A DNA stretch of 64,000 bases from Desulfuromonadales bacterium (GTDB lineage Bacteria > Desulfobacterota > Desulfuromonadia > Desulfuromonadales > SZUA-540), in the NCBI GenBank assembly GCA_033549025.1, contig JAWSUS010000012.1:27480-91479 (forward strand), read 5' to 3'. The position numbers and the translations under genes were made by a program. Positions 48,550 through 57,650 of the stretch are shown here, piece by piece. The notes beneath the pieces were generated by a model, which saw only the letters and a list, made by a program, of their open reading frames with translations, ran no database searches and had not been told where the DNA came from. Each line of letters starts with the position of its first letter. Within the stretch, counting starts at the first letter, position 1.

Positions 48550-51279
48550 ATGGCAAAAGATTCAGCTGAGCCTAAGGCCAGGGTTATCGACCTGCGGGAA
48601 GGACCACTGAAAGGGACGGAGCAGTTGCTCGAAGACTTTTTCTCGCTGCGGGAGCGGGAAAAGGCCTTGAGCACCTATGTGCGCCAAAAGACCAATCAAC
48701 TGCTTGAAGTCATTGGTACCCTGCCGCTGCGGGCGGAGGAACTGGACGACGAGACCCTGGTTCAGGTCGATCCCATCGGCATCGTGGCCGACTCTTTTTC
48801 GCAGGTTCTGGAGCATCTGCGGGAGACCAACGAAACCCTGGCCCTGGCCCACGACGAAATCCAGGCCATTTTCGATTCAGCAGGCGCCGCCATCCTGGTG
48901 GTTGACAACCACCGGCGGTTACAGGCCTACAATCGCAAGAGTCAGGAGCTCTTTTTCCCGGACCGCTCGGAGCTGATCGGATATAACCTGCGTGAACTCA
49001 TGTGTGATCCCGGGACGCACCCGCAGGTGTGCATTTTCGATCAGGTCATGGCGGAAAAAGCGGTGGTCGAACAGCCTGATTTTGTGGCCCGCGGCCGGAA
49101 CTATCACGTCATTGCCACCCCCCTTAAAGACAATCAGGGTGAAATCGCCCAGGTCATACTCGTCTGCACGGATATCACCGAGCGCCGGCGCAATGAACAG
49201 GCTCTTCGCGAAGCCGAAGCCCGTCTGAAGACCATTCTCAACAGCGTTCAGGCGGGTATCATGGTCATCGACCCCCAAACGAAACAGATCGAACTCGTCA
49301 ACGAGGCGGCGGCCAGTCTCGTCGGGGCGCGGCCCGAGAGCATGATCGGCAAGGTCTGTCATGACTTCATCTGCCCTGCCCTGCGGGGACGCTGTCCTAT
49401 TGACGGTGGCAGAACGGTTGACAATTCAGAGCAGGTGCTGGTGACGGCCTGCGGACAACATTCGCCGGTTCTCAAAACCGTAACCCGGGTGGATATCGGG
49501 GGACGGGAGATGTTTCTGGAGAGCTTCATCGATATTTCGGCCCGAAAAGAGGCTGAAGAACGTCTGCAGAAGAGCGAGGAGCGCTATCGCTCCCTCTATA
49601 GCACCATGCATGAAGGCATGGCCTTGAAAGAACTCGTCTATGATGAGGCGGGCAGGGCCATCGACTATCGTATAGTGGATGTCAATCCGGCCTATGAACG
49701 GATTCTCGGCCTGCGCCGTGACCGGGTGCTGGGCCGGCTCGGCTCGCAGATTTATCCTCCGGACGCCAAGGGGAAGCCGCCATTGCTGGAGGCTTTTGCC
49801 AGGGTGGTGGAGACTGGCCAGCCGGTGCATCTGGAAAAGATCTACGAACCTTCCGACAAAATTCTGGCTCTTTCGGCTATCTGTCCCTCGCCCGGGCAGG
49901 TTGCCATCATTTTCGACGACATCACCGAGCGTAAGAAGGCCCAGAGCCAGATCGAGCGACTGGCCTATTACGATATGCTCACCGGCCTGCCCAACCGTGT
50001 GCTGTTAAGGGACCGCCTCGGCCAGATGATCGCCAAGGCGGGGCGAAACAGGCTGAAGCTGGGGATGATTTTTATCGACCTTGATCAGTTCAAGGCGGTC
50101 AATGACACCCTCGGGCACGATTCGGGCGATCACCTGCTGCGGGTGATCGCCGGCCGACTCAATGAATGCATGCGCAAGAGTGACACCGTGGCTCGTCTGG
50201 GGGGCGACGAATTCATTGTGCTGCTGGACGATGTTAGTAACGAAGTCGCCGTCGGCGAAGTCGCTCAGAAGGTCCTCGATGTTCTTTCCCAGCCCATATC
50301 GCTGGGCGGCCGTGAGGTCTTCACCACGGGCAGTCTGGGCATTGCGCTTTACCCGGCCGACGGGCTTGATGCGGAGACCCTGCTGAAAAACGCCGATACG
50401 GCCATGTATCAGGCCAAAGAGCGGGGGCGCAATAACTTCCAGTTTTACGCCTCAGAGATGCATGCCCAGGCTCTGGAAAAAATGCTGCTGGCCAATGACC
50501 TGCGCCGGGCCCTGGAGCGCAGCGAATTCTTTCTTGAGTACCAGCCTCAGCTGTGCCTGAAAACCGGCAAGTTGACGGGGACTGAAGCACTTCTGCGCTG
50601 GCAGCACCCGGATTTGGGGGTGATTCCCCCAAGCCAGTTCATCCCCATGGCCGAGGAGACGGGTCAGATTCTCCCCATCGGCCGCTGGGTCCTCGAAACG
50701 GCTTGTCGGCAGAACAAGGCCTGGCTGGACGCGGGTTTTTCACCCTTGCGCATGGCGGTGAATCTTTCCGGCAAGCAGTTCAGGGAAGGCGGGCTGCTCG
50801 AATGCATCAAAGGCGTGTTGCAGGAAACCGGTTTGCCGGCGTCCTGTCTTGAGCTGGAGTTGACCGAAAGCATTCTCATGGAGAATGCCGGGTCCACCCG
50901 TTACACCTTGAAAGCCCTGAAAGAGATGGGCGTGCAGTTGGCGATTGATGATTTTGGCACCGGTTACTCATCCCTCAACTATCTCAAGCATTTTCCCATT
51001 GATCGGCTGAAAATCGACAAATCCTTCGTGCGGGAGATTGACGTTCATCCCGACGATGCCGCCATCGCCGAAGCCATCATTGCCCTGGCCCACAGCCTGC
51101 GCGTCCAGGTGGTGGCCGAAGGCGTGGAGCAGCGATCGCAGCTTGAATTTCTCCGACAGCGCCATTGTGATGAAATTCAGGGATTTTACTTCAGCCACCC
51201 TCTGTCGGCCACGGCGCTGGAGGCATTGCTCATGGGAGCGACCCACCCCGCCGCCTTCTGCTTTTACTCCGGTCAATAA
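48550..51279 (+). CDS. Cytoplasmic PAS x3 / GGDEF / EAL protein
   Basis: Intact GGDEF, EAL, DDFGTGYSS; no TM; 14 nt after the TusA-like gene. Confidence 0.93.
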   Translation: MAKDSAEPKARVIDLREGPLKGTEQLLEDFFSLREREKALSTYVRQKTNQLLEVIGTLPLRAEELDDETLVQVDPIGIVADSFSQVLEHLRETNETLALAHDEIQAIFDSAGAAILVVDNHRRLQAYNRKSQELFFPDRSELIGYNLRELMCDPGTHPQVCIFDQVMAEKAVVEQPDFVARGRNYHVIATPLKDNQGEIAQVILVCTDITERRRNEQALREAEARLKTILNSVQAGIMVIDPQTKQIELVNEAAASLVGARPESMIGKVCHDFICPALRGRCPIDGGRTVDNSEQVLVTACGQHSPVLKTVTRVDIGGREMFLESFIDISARKEAEERLQKSEERYRSLYSTMHEGMALKELVYDEAGRAIDYRIVDVNPAYERILGLRRDRVLGRLGSQIYPPDAKGKPPLLEAFARVVETGQPVHLEKIYEPSDKILALSAICPSPGQVAIIFDDITERKKAQSQIERLAYYDMLTGLPNRVLLRDRLGQMIAKAGRNRLKLGMIFIDLDQFKAVNDTLGHDSGDHLLRVIAGRLNECMRKSDTVARLGGDEFIVLLDDVSNEVAVGEVAQKVLDVLSQPISLGGREVFTTGSLGIALYPADGLDAETLLKNADTAMYQAKERGRNNFQFYASEMHAQALEKMLLANDLRRALERSEFFLEYQPQLCLKTGKLTGTEALLRWQHPDLGVIPPSQFIPMAEETGQILPIGRWVLETACRQNKAWLDAGFSPLRMAVNLSGKQFREGGLLECIKGVLQETGLPASCLELELTESILMENAGSTRYTLKALKEMGVQLAIDDFGTGYSSLNYLKHFPIDRLKIDKSFVREIDVHPDDAAIAEAIIALAHSLRVQVVAEGVEQRSQLEFLRQRHCDEIQGFYFSHPLSATALEALLMGATHPAAFCFYSGQ

Positions 51280-51465
51280 CGTCCCGCCATCTTGAGCCTT
51301 TCCGTCCTTCCGGCGGGAAGGGGGTTCCGTTTTAATCCTGGGCAGGTTTTTTGCATTCTTCCCGCAGGCGGGTAAAAGATTCCGTTTGTGACGGGTTTTT
51401 GACAGGCCTTCGCCTGCGCCCAGCCCCCTTTCTGTCAATGGTTGGATAAAAAAGGCTCCGAGATC

Positions 51466-52752
51466 ATGCGTCATCGAAACCCCTTCAATCGCAGGACGTT
51501 GAAACCCGTTGTGGGGATTCAGCGTCGAATCGGCCTTGACGCCGCCCTCAGCCGTGAGATTGCCCGACGAATAAGAACCGAAGACGAGTTGCGGGCTCAC
51601 GAAGAACTGGCCCGGCAGCGGGACCTCGAATTTCGGACGCTGATAAATGCTATCCCCGACCGTATTACCCTGTTGACGGCTGACTTGCACCTCGGCTGGA
51701 GCAACAAGGAGGCTGAGCCGGAATACAGCCGTCCGCACGGCGATCCGTCGAGTCCGACCTGTTACGGAAGATGGCATGGCCGCGCCGAGCCCTGCGAACC
51801 CTGCCCGGTCCAGCGCTGTCTCGTATCCGGACAGACCGAAGATCAGCTTAACAGGGCGCCTGACGGCAGCTATTGGGGGGTCAAGGCTTTTCCCATGCGG
51901 GATGAGACCGGCGGGATTGCCCATGTCATTCACGTTGCCAGCGATGTGACCGAAAAGGTTCGCATGCGCCAGGAGGCTGAACGTTCGGGGCGGCTGGCCT
52001 CTCTCGGCCAGCTGGCGGCCGGGGTGGCCCACGAGATCAACAACCCCAATGCCCTCACCCTGCACAATGTGCCCATGCTGCAGGAAGCCTGGGAGGACAT
52101 ACAGCGCATCCTTGATGAAGTGCAGGCTGAAAAGGGCGATTTTACCTTGGGCCGGATGCCCTATTCGCGCCTGCGAGATCAGATCCCCCGAATGCACGAG
52201 CAGATTCTGGAGGGCAGCCGCCGTATCCGCGGAATCGTCGAGGATCTCAAGGATTTTGTCCGTCAGGGCGATCTCAGCGTGCTCGAACCCGTTGACCTCA
52301 ACGCCGTCGTGCAGTTCGCTGTGCGCCTGGCTACCAATACCATCAAAGTATCGACCGATCATTTTGCCGTCAGTTACGCCGAGGCTCTGCCTCCTTTTAT
52401 GGGAGCGCCCCAACGCATCGAGCAGGTGGTGGTCAACCTCATCATGAACGCCTGCCAGGCCCTGCCGGTCCGCAGTCGGGCCGTACGGGTGGAAACCTGC
52501 TACGACAGCAGCCTGCGCCGCAGTATGGTGCGGGTGGCCGATGAGGGCAGCGGCATCGACGAGGAGAACCTGTCCCATATCCTCGAACCTTTTTTCACCA
52601 CCAAGCGTCAGCAGGGGGGAACGGGCCTGGGGCTTTCCATCGCCGCCCGCATTGTCAGGGAACACCAGGGAGAGCTGACCTTCGATTCGACACCCGGGCA
52701 GGGCACCCTGGTCACCATCGCCTTTCCCGTTGCCAAGGAGACGCCGCGATGA
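51466..52752 (+). CDS. Cytoplasmic PAS sensor histidine kinase
   Basis: Cys-rich PAS, AHEINNP, EPFFTTK, GTGLGL. Confidence 0.9.
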   Translation: MRHRNPFNRRTLKPVVGIQRRIGLDAALSREIARRIRTEDELRAHEELARQRDLEFRTLINAIPDRITLLTADLHLGWSNKEAEPEYSRPHGDPSSPTCYGRWHGRAEPCEPCPVQRCLVSGQTEDQLNRAPDGSYWGVKAFPMRDETGGIAHVIHVASDVTEKVRMRQEAERSGRLASLGQLAAGVAHEINNPNALTLHNVPMLQEAWEDIQRILDEVQAEKGDFTLGRMPYSRLRDQIPRMHEQILEGSRRIRGIVEDLKDFVRQGDLSVLEPVDLNAVVQFAVRLATNTIKVSTDHFAVSYAEALPPFMGAPQRIEQVVVNLIMNACQALPVRSRAVRVETCYDSSLRRSMVRVADEGSGIDEENLSHILEPFFTTKRQQGGTGLGLSIAARIVREHQGELTFDSTPGQGTLVTIAFPVAKETPR

Positions 52753-54203
52753 CCGATGTCGTCTATCCCCAGCATCCTGTCCTTCTGGTCGATGACGAGC
52801 GGTCCTGGCTGGAAAATTTTGCTTTTGCCCTCGAATATTCGGGCAAGATCAACCATGTCGTCCTCTGCCAGGACAGCCGCGAGGTGCTGAACATTCTCGG
52901 CCGCCAGCCGATCAGCGCCGTTGTGCTCGACCTGACCATGCCCCATCGGGGCGGAGAAGAACTGCTGGCCGAGATTGCCGCCGATTTCCCCCAGTTGCCG
53001 GTCTTGATTCTCAGCGGCCTCAACCAGCTTGAGACGGCCGTGCGCTGCATCAAAGCCGGGGCCTTCGATTATTTCGTCAAGACGACGGAGGCCGAACGTC
53101 TGGTCGCCGGCGTCAAGCGGGCGCTTGCCCAGCGGGAAATGCAGGATGAACTCGAACGGCTGCGTGAAAGAATGCTGCACGGCGGAGTCGACTCCCCCGA
53201 AGCCTTTGCCGGCCTTCAGACCCGCAGCCCGAAAATGCGGACTCTTTTCTCCTATCTGGAGGCGGTGACGGCCAGCCGCGAACCGATTCTCATCCGGGGC
53301 GAAAGCGGTGTCGGCAAAGAGCTCTTTGCCCGGGCCGCCCACCGTCTGGCTTGTCCCGACGGGCCCTGGGTGGCCGTGAATGTGGCCGGACTCGACGATC
53401 ACGTCTTTGCCGATACCCTCTTCGGCCATGTGCGCGGGGCTTTCACCGGGGCGGAGCAGCCGCGCAGCGGCATGGTCGAGCAGGCGGCGGGGGGGGTGCT
53501 CTTCCTCGACGAAATCGGCGATCTCAGTCTGCCCTCGCAGGTCAAGCTCCTGCGCCTTTTGCAGGAGGGGGAGTACTACCCCCTGGGCTCGGACCGCCCC
53601 CGCCGGGTGCAGACCCGGCTCGTCTGCGCCACCAACCAGGATCTGGCGCGACGTCAGGCCGAGGGGACCTTCCGCCGGGATCTCTATTATCGTCTCTGTG
53701 CTCACCAGTTGGAGATTCCTCCCCTGCGTCAGCGCAAGGAGGATATTCCCTGCCTGCTGGAACACTTTCTCGCCGAGGCGGCCGCTGCCCTTGGCAAGAG
53801 TCGTCCCACGCCGCCGCCGGAGCTCGCCGTCCTGCTGTCCACCTACGCTTTTCCCGGCAATGTACGTGAACTGCGGGCCATGGTCTATGACGCCCTGAGC
53901 CTGCATGGCGGTGGGGTCCTTTCCCTGTCGGCCTTTAAAAAAGCCATGTCCCCGTCGGACCAACGGCCACCGACGGCTGCGGCTCCCGGGGAGGAAGCCG
54001 GGCCCGATGGTGTCCGGGTGCAGTTTTTTGACCCTCTGCCCACGCTGGACCAGGTTGGCGAATTCCTGGTTGACGAAGCTCTGGCCAGAGCGGGGGGCAA
54101 CCAGACCATCGCGGCCCGTCTGCTCGGCATCTCCCAGCCGGCGCTGAGCAAGCGCCTCAAGAAGAGGGCGGATAGTCAGGCTGGCCCCGCCCAAGTCCCA
54201 TAA
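52749..54203 (+). CDS. Sigma54-dependent response regulator
   Basis: Receiver, [29 protein letters not shown] overlap with kinase gene. Confidence 0.94.
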   Translation: MTDVVYPQHPVLLVDDERSWLENFAFALEYSGKINHVVLCQDSREVLNILGRQPISAVVLDLTMPHRGGEELLAEIAADFPQLPVLILSGLNQLETAVRCIKAGAFDYFVKTTEAERLVAGVKRALAQREMQDELERLRERMLHGGVDSPEAFAGLQTRSPKMRTLFSYLEAVTASREPILIRGESGVGKELFARAAHRLACPDGPWVAVNVAGLDDHVFADTLFGHVRGAFTGAEQPRSGMVEQAAGGVLFLDEIGDLSLPSQVKLLRLLQEGEYYPLGSDRPRRVQTRLVCATNQDLARRQAEGTFRRDLYYRLCAHQLEIPPLRQRKEDIPCLLEHFLAEAAAALGKSRPTPPPELAVLLSTYAFPGNVRELRAMVYDALSLHGGGVLSLSAFKKAMSPSDQRPPTAAAPGEEAGPDGVRVQFFDPLPTLDQVGEFLVDEALARAGGNQTIAARLLGISQPALSKRLKKRADSQAGPAQVP

Positions 54204-54311
54204 CCTGAGTTATAATCCCCCCTGTGGTTATAGGGTCTCCGAACCCTCTTATCCTTGCGCCTTGTCTGGCCGCTGCGGCCGGCACCCATAACCCTGGTTA
54301 TGGGTGCCGGC
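54200..54311. promoter_or_regulatory. Two ATAAC-N4-GTTAT palindromes, second inside a 16-bp perfect inverted repeat
   Basis: 54200-54213 and 54288-54301; IR GCCGGCACCCATAACC-CT-GGTTATGGGTGCCGGC (54278-54311). Confidence 0.6.
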
Positions 54312-54381
54312 ATCTCCTCCTGCTGTTCTTCCAAACCTAAAATACCTGTAAAAACAAGAACCTGTGTTCTGCTCAGGAGGT

Positions 54382-54397
54382 TGGCATCTGTCTTGCT
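54382..54397 (+). promoter_or_regulatory. Sigma54 (-24/-12) promoter
   Basis: TGGCATCTGTCTTGCT, GG-N10-GC, 43 nt before the ATG at 54440. Confidence 0.8.
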
Positions 54398-54439
54398 TTG
54401 TGAGGCCTAGCGGGCAAGGGCGCGCCAAGAGGGGGATGG

Positions 54440-54865
54440 ATGGCTGACGGAAAACAAAAAGAGGTTCTGCTGATCTGTCAGACGACCCAGGACGGCCGGA
54501 ATCTGACCTTTCTGATGAAGCTGAGCGGCTATGGCTATCGCCTGGCCCGTGATGTGATGGAAGGGGTCAACTATCTCCATAATTGCCGGGTCAACGGTTT
54601 TCCGCTCCATCTTATTCTGACCGACAGCGCCGCCATGACGGCCGGTGATTGCCGTGAGCTCCACATGTTGCAGGAAATTCGTCGACAGACGCCGCTGCTG
54701 ATTATCGACCGTGGCAACGGGGACCGGAACGCGCTTCTTGACCGTCTGCAGGACACCCGTGACGGAATATACTTCTGCGAGCCGGAAGAGGTGGTGGGTG
54801 CCGTTGAAAACCTGCTTCACCAGGATCGCCGGGATAGCGGCCAGCCAGCCGCTCAGTCGGCCTAG
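54440..54865 (+). CDS. Divergent receiver-like hypothetical protein
   Basis: Alternating beta/alpha pattern (VLLI, HLILTD, PLLII); RBS GAGGGG. Confidence 0.65.
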   Translation: MADGKQKEVLLICQTTQDGRNLTFLMKLSGYGYRLARDVMEGVNYLHNCRVNGFPLHLILTDSAAMTAGDCRELHMLQEIRRQTPLLIIDRGNGDRNALLDRLQDTRDGIYFCEPEEVVGAVENLLHQDRRDSGQPAAQSA

Positions 54866-54946
54866 TTACGCGCGACGCGTCATTTCTGAAATCATAACAG
54901 GCAACACATCAAACCCCATGCCCAGGGATGGGAGGAGAAGGAAAAG

Positions 54947-56770
54947 ATGAAAAACATCAAAGTCGGACAGAAGATTTTCGGCCTGAGTCTGGCCATCATC
55001 ATCATCTTTACCGTGGTCATCGGCTGGGTGTATCTGCGGGCTCGGGATAACCTGTACGAAGCCAAGCGGGTGGAGATTCTTCACGCCGTGGAAACGGCCT
55101 GGGGGGTGGTGGATCACTATGCCAAGGAGGCCGCCGCCTACAGTATTTCCATGGAAGGCGCGCAGGAGGCGGCTTTGGAAGCTATCCGCCACACCCGTTT
55201 CGATGAAACCAACTATTTCTGGATCAATGACCTGTCACCGCGCATGGTCATGCATCCCCTCGCTCCTGAACTCAACGGCAAGGATCTGACGGAAAACAAG
55301 GATCCCAACGGCAAGGCCCTCTTCGTGGAGATGGCCAAGATCGCGCGGGAAAAGGGGGGCGGTTTTGTCGATTACGAGTGGAACAAGCCCGGCTCTGACC
55401 GTCCCGTGCCCAAGATTTCCGCCGTCAAGCTCATCCCCGAGTGGAACTGGGTAATCGGCGCCGGCCTTTATCTCGACGATATCGAGGCCGAGCTCTTCGC
55501 CATTCTCTGGCGCGTGGCGGTGGTGGTGGTCGCCATCATTCTGCTGGCGCTTGCCCTGGTCATTTTTGTGGCGCGCGGCATCTCGCGCCCTCTGGGCCGG
55601 GCCGTACATATGATGGAAGAGCTGGAAAAAGGGCACCTCGATACCCGCCTCAACCTGTCTCAGACTGACGAGATCGGCCGCATGGCCCAGGCCATGGATG
55701 CCTTCGCCGACAGTCTGCAGCACGAGGTTGTCGCCTCTCTGCAGCAACTGGCTGCCGGCGATCTGACCTTCAGGGTGACGCCCCGTGACGGCCAGGATGT
55801 GGTGCGCAACGCCCTGGCCCAGGTGGGTCAGGACCTCAATGGCATCCTGGGGCAGGTGCAGATGGCGGGCGAACAGATCGCCTCGGGCAGCGCCCAGGTT
55901 TCCGACTCGAGCCAGGCCCTCTCACAGGGGGCCACCGAATCGGCCAGCAGCCTCGAGGAGATTACCAGTTCTCTGACCGAGATGGGCAGCCAGACCAGCC
56001 TCAATGCCGAAAATGCCTCGCAGGCTAACCAGTTGGCCGCCCATGCCCGCGGCGCCGCCGAAAAAGGCAATGCCCACATGCAGCAAATGGTGACGGCCAT
56101 GGGCGAAATCAACGAATCGGGTCAGAATATCAGCAAAATCATCAAGGTCATCGACGAGATCGCCTTCCAGACCAACCTGCTGGCGCTCAACGCCGCCGTC
56201 GAAGCGGCCCGGGCTGGCCAGCACGGCAAGGGCTTCGCCGTCGTCGCCGAGGAAGTCCGCAACCTGGCTGCCCGCAGCGCCAAGGCCGCCAAGGAAACGG
56301 CTGACCTGATCGAAGGCTCCGTCAAGAAAGCGGAGAACGGGGCGGATATCGCCGACAAGACCGCCAGTGCCCTGGGGGAAATCGTCACCGGCATCACCAA
56401 GGTGACGGACCTGGTGGCAGAGATCGCCGCGGCCAGTAACGAGCAGGCCCAGGGGATCAGCCAGATCAACCAGGGGCTCAACCAGATCGACAAGGTGACC
56501 CAGCAGAACACGGCCAGCGCCGAGGAAAGCGCCGCCGCTGCCGAGGAGCTTTCCAGTCAGGCCGAACAGCTGCGGCAGATGCTGTCGCGTTTTATGCTGA
56601 CGGGCAGCCAGGCCCAGTGCGCACCGGTAGAGCCGCTCCCGGCGTTGTCATCCTGGGGGCATGACAAGCCCGTTGCCGCCGTCAAAAAGGCCCTGCCCAA
56701 GTCGCAAGCCGCCAAACCCGAGCCGCGGGAAGTGATCGCACTGGACGACGCCGAATTCGGCCGCTATTGA
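54947..56770 (+). CDS. Methyl-accepting chemotaxis protein with sCache sensor
   Basis: [44 protein letters not shown]-terminal EFGRY pentapeptide-like end. Confidence 0.95.
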   Translation: MKNIKVGQKIFGLSLAIIIIFTVVIGWVYLRARDNLYEAKRVEILHAVETAWGVVDHYAKEAAAYSISMEGAQEAALEAIRHTRFDETNYFWINDLSPRMVMHPLAPELNGKDLTENKDPNGKALFVEMAKIAREKGGGFVDYEWNKPGSDRPVPKISAVKLIPEWNWVIGAGLYLDDIEAELFAILWRVAVVVVAIILLALALVIFVARGISRPLGRAVHMMEELEKGHLDTRLNLSQTDEIGRMAQAMDAFADSLQHEVVASLQQLAAGDLTFRVTPRDGQDVVRNALAQVGQDLNGILGQVQMAGEQIASGSAQVSDSSQALSQGATESASSLEEITSSLTEMGSQTSLNAENASQANQLAAHARGAAEKGNAHMQQMVTAMGEINESGQNISKIIKVIDEIAFQTNLLALNAAVEAARAGQHGKGFAVVAEEVRNLAARSAKAAKETADLIEGSVKKAENGADIADKTASALGEIVTGITKVTDLVAEIAAASNEQAQGISQINQGLNQIDKVTQQNTASAEESAAAAEELSSQAEQLRQMLSRFMLTGSQAQCAPVEPLPALSSWGHDKPVAAVKKALPKSQAAKPEPREVIALDDAEFGRY

Positions 56771-56801
56771 TGCCGGCGGCTCGTGCAAAGATCACTGTAA
56801 G

Positions 56802-56857
56802 GTAAAACGCCAGCGGCCGCCATATTCTCAAAGGAATGTGGCGGCCGCCTGTTTTAC
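56802..56857. terminator. Hairpin terminator between convergent MCP and Hsp20 genes
   Basis: GCGGCCGCCATATTC / GAATGTGGCGGCCGC stem flanked by GTAAAAC / GTTTTAC. Confidence 0.75.
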
Positions 56858-56876
56858 GGGGAATGCCGGGTACCGG

Positions 56877-57398
56877 CTATTCGATGGTGACCTTCTTGAC
56901 TTTTTCTTTGGCCTGCACGGTTTTGGGGAGAACGATTTCGAGAACGCCGTTTTTGAAGCTGGCTTTCGCCTTGTCCGGCTGCACTTCCGCCGGCAGGCGC
57001 AGAGAGCGGGAAAAGGAACCGCTGGAGCGTTCAAGTCGGTAGAAGTCCTTTTTTTCGACTTTCTCTTCGGTCTGCTTCTCGCCGCTGATGGTGAGGGTGT
57101 CCCCCGTCAGTTGAATGTCGAGGTGTTCTTTTTCCAGGCCGGGGACCTCAGCTTTTACGATCACGTTGTCCCCTTCCTCGTAGATGTCCACCGAGGGTGA
57201 AATTTCAGCGAGATCGGCCCGCAGGCGGTGGCGGAAGCCGGGCGGAAAAAAGGAGCGACGGAAGCTGTCTTCAAACCAGCGCTCCATGTCCAGCGGACGG
57301 CGGAAAAAATCTTCGAACCAGCGCTCCATGTCATCGAAGGGGATGAGTGATTTTTTTGATTCGGTGGCCGGGACGTCTTTGGTTTCTTTCTTGGCCAT
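56877..57398 (-). CDS. Hsp20/alpha-crystallin small heat-shock protein
   Basis: PSVDIYE, ERSSGSFSRS, ASFKNGVLEI, C-terminal VTI; RBS AGGAGG. Confidence 0.94.
   Translation of the reverse strand: MAKKETKDVPATESKKSLIPFDDMERWFEDFFRRPLDMERWFEDSFRRSFFPPGFRHRLRADLAEISPSVDIYEEGDNVIVKAEVPGLEKEHLDIQLTGDTLTISGEKQTEEKVEKKDFYRLERSSGSFSRSLRLPAEVQPDKAKASFKNGVLEIVLPKTVQAKEKVKKVTIE
57268..57332. repeat. 42-nt-period tandem duplication within Hsp20 gene
   Basis: TCTTC(A/G)AACCAGCGCTCCATGTC at 57268 and 57310; encodes DMERWFED(F/S)FRR twice. Confidence 0.85.
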
Positions 57399-57650
57399 GA
57401 CATACCTCCTTTGTTGCTGTTTTTGCGCAGAAATTTTCTTAAAATGAGTCTCTGTTCATCATTCTAGTAGGCGCACCGGTGATGTCAAATGGGCGGAGGC
57501 AACTTGGAGCCATGGCCAGCGGGAGGACCTGTTTGCCTGCTATTGAGTTAAAAGGTTGCAGAATTATCGGGGTTTCACTAACATGGTCAAATCTTACGGG
57601 TTTTGCACACGGGATTTTTCGATCAGGCTTCCGGTGTTCAGGAGACTGAA

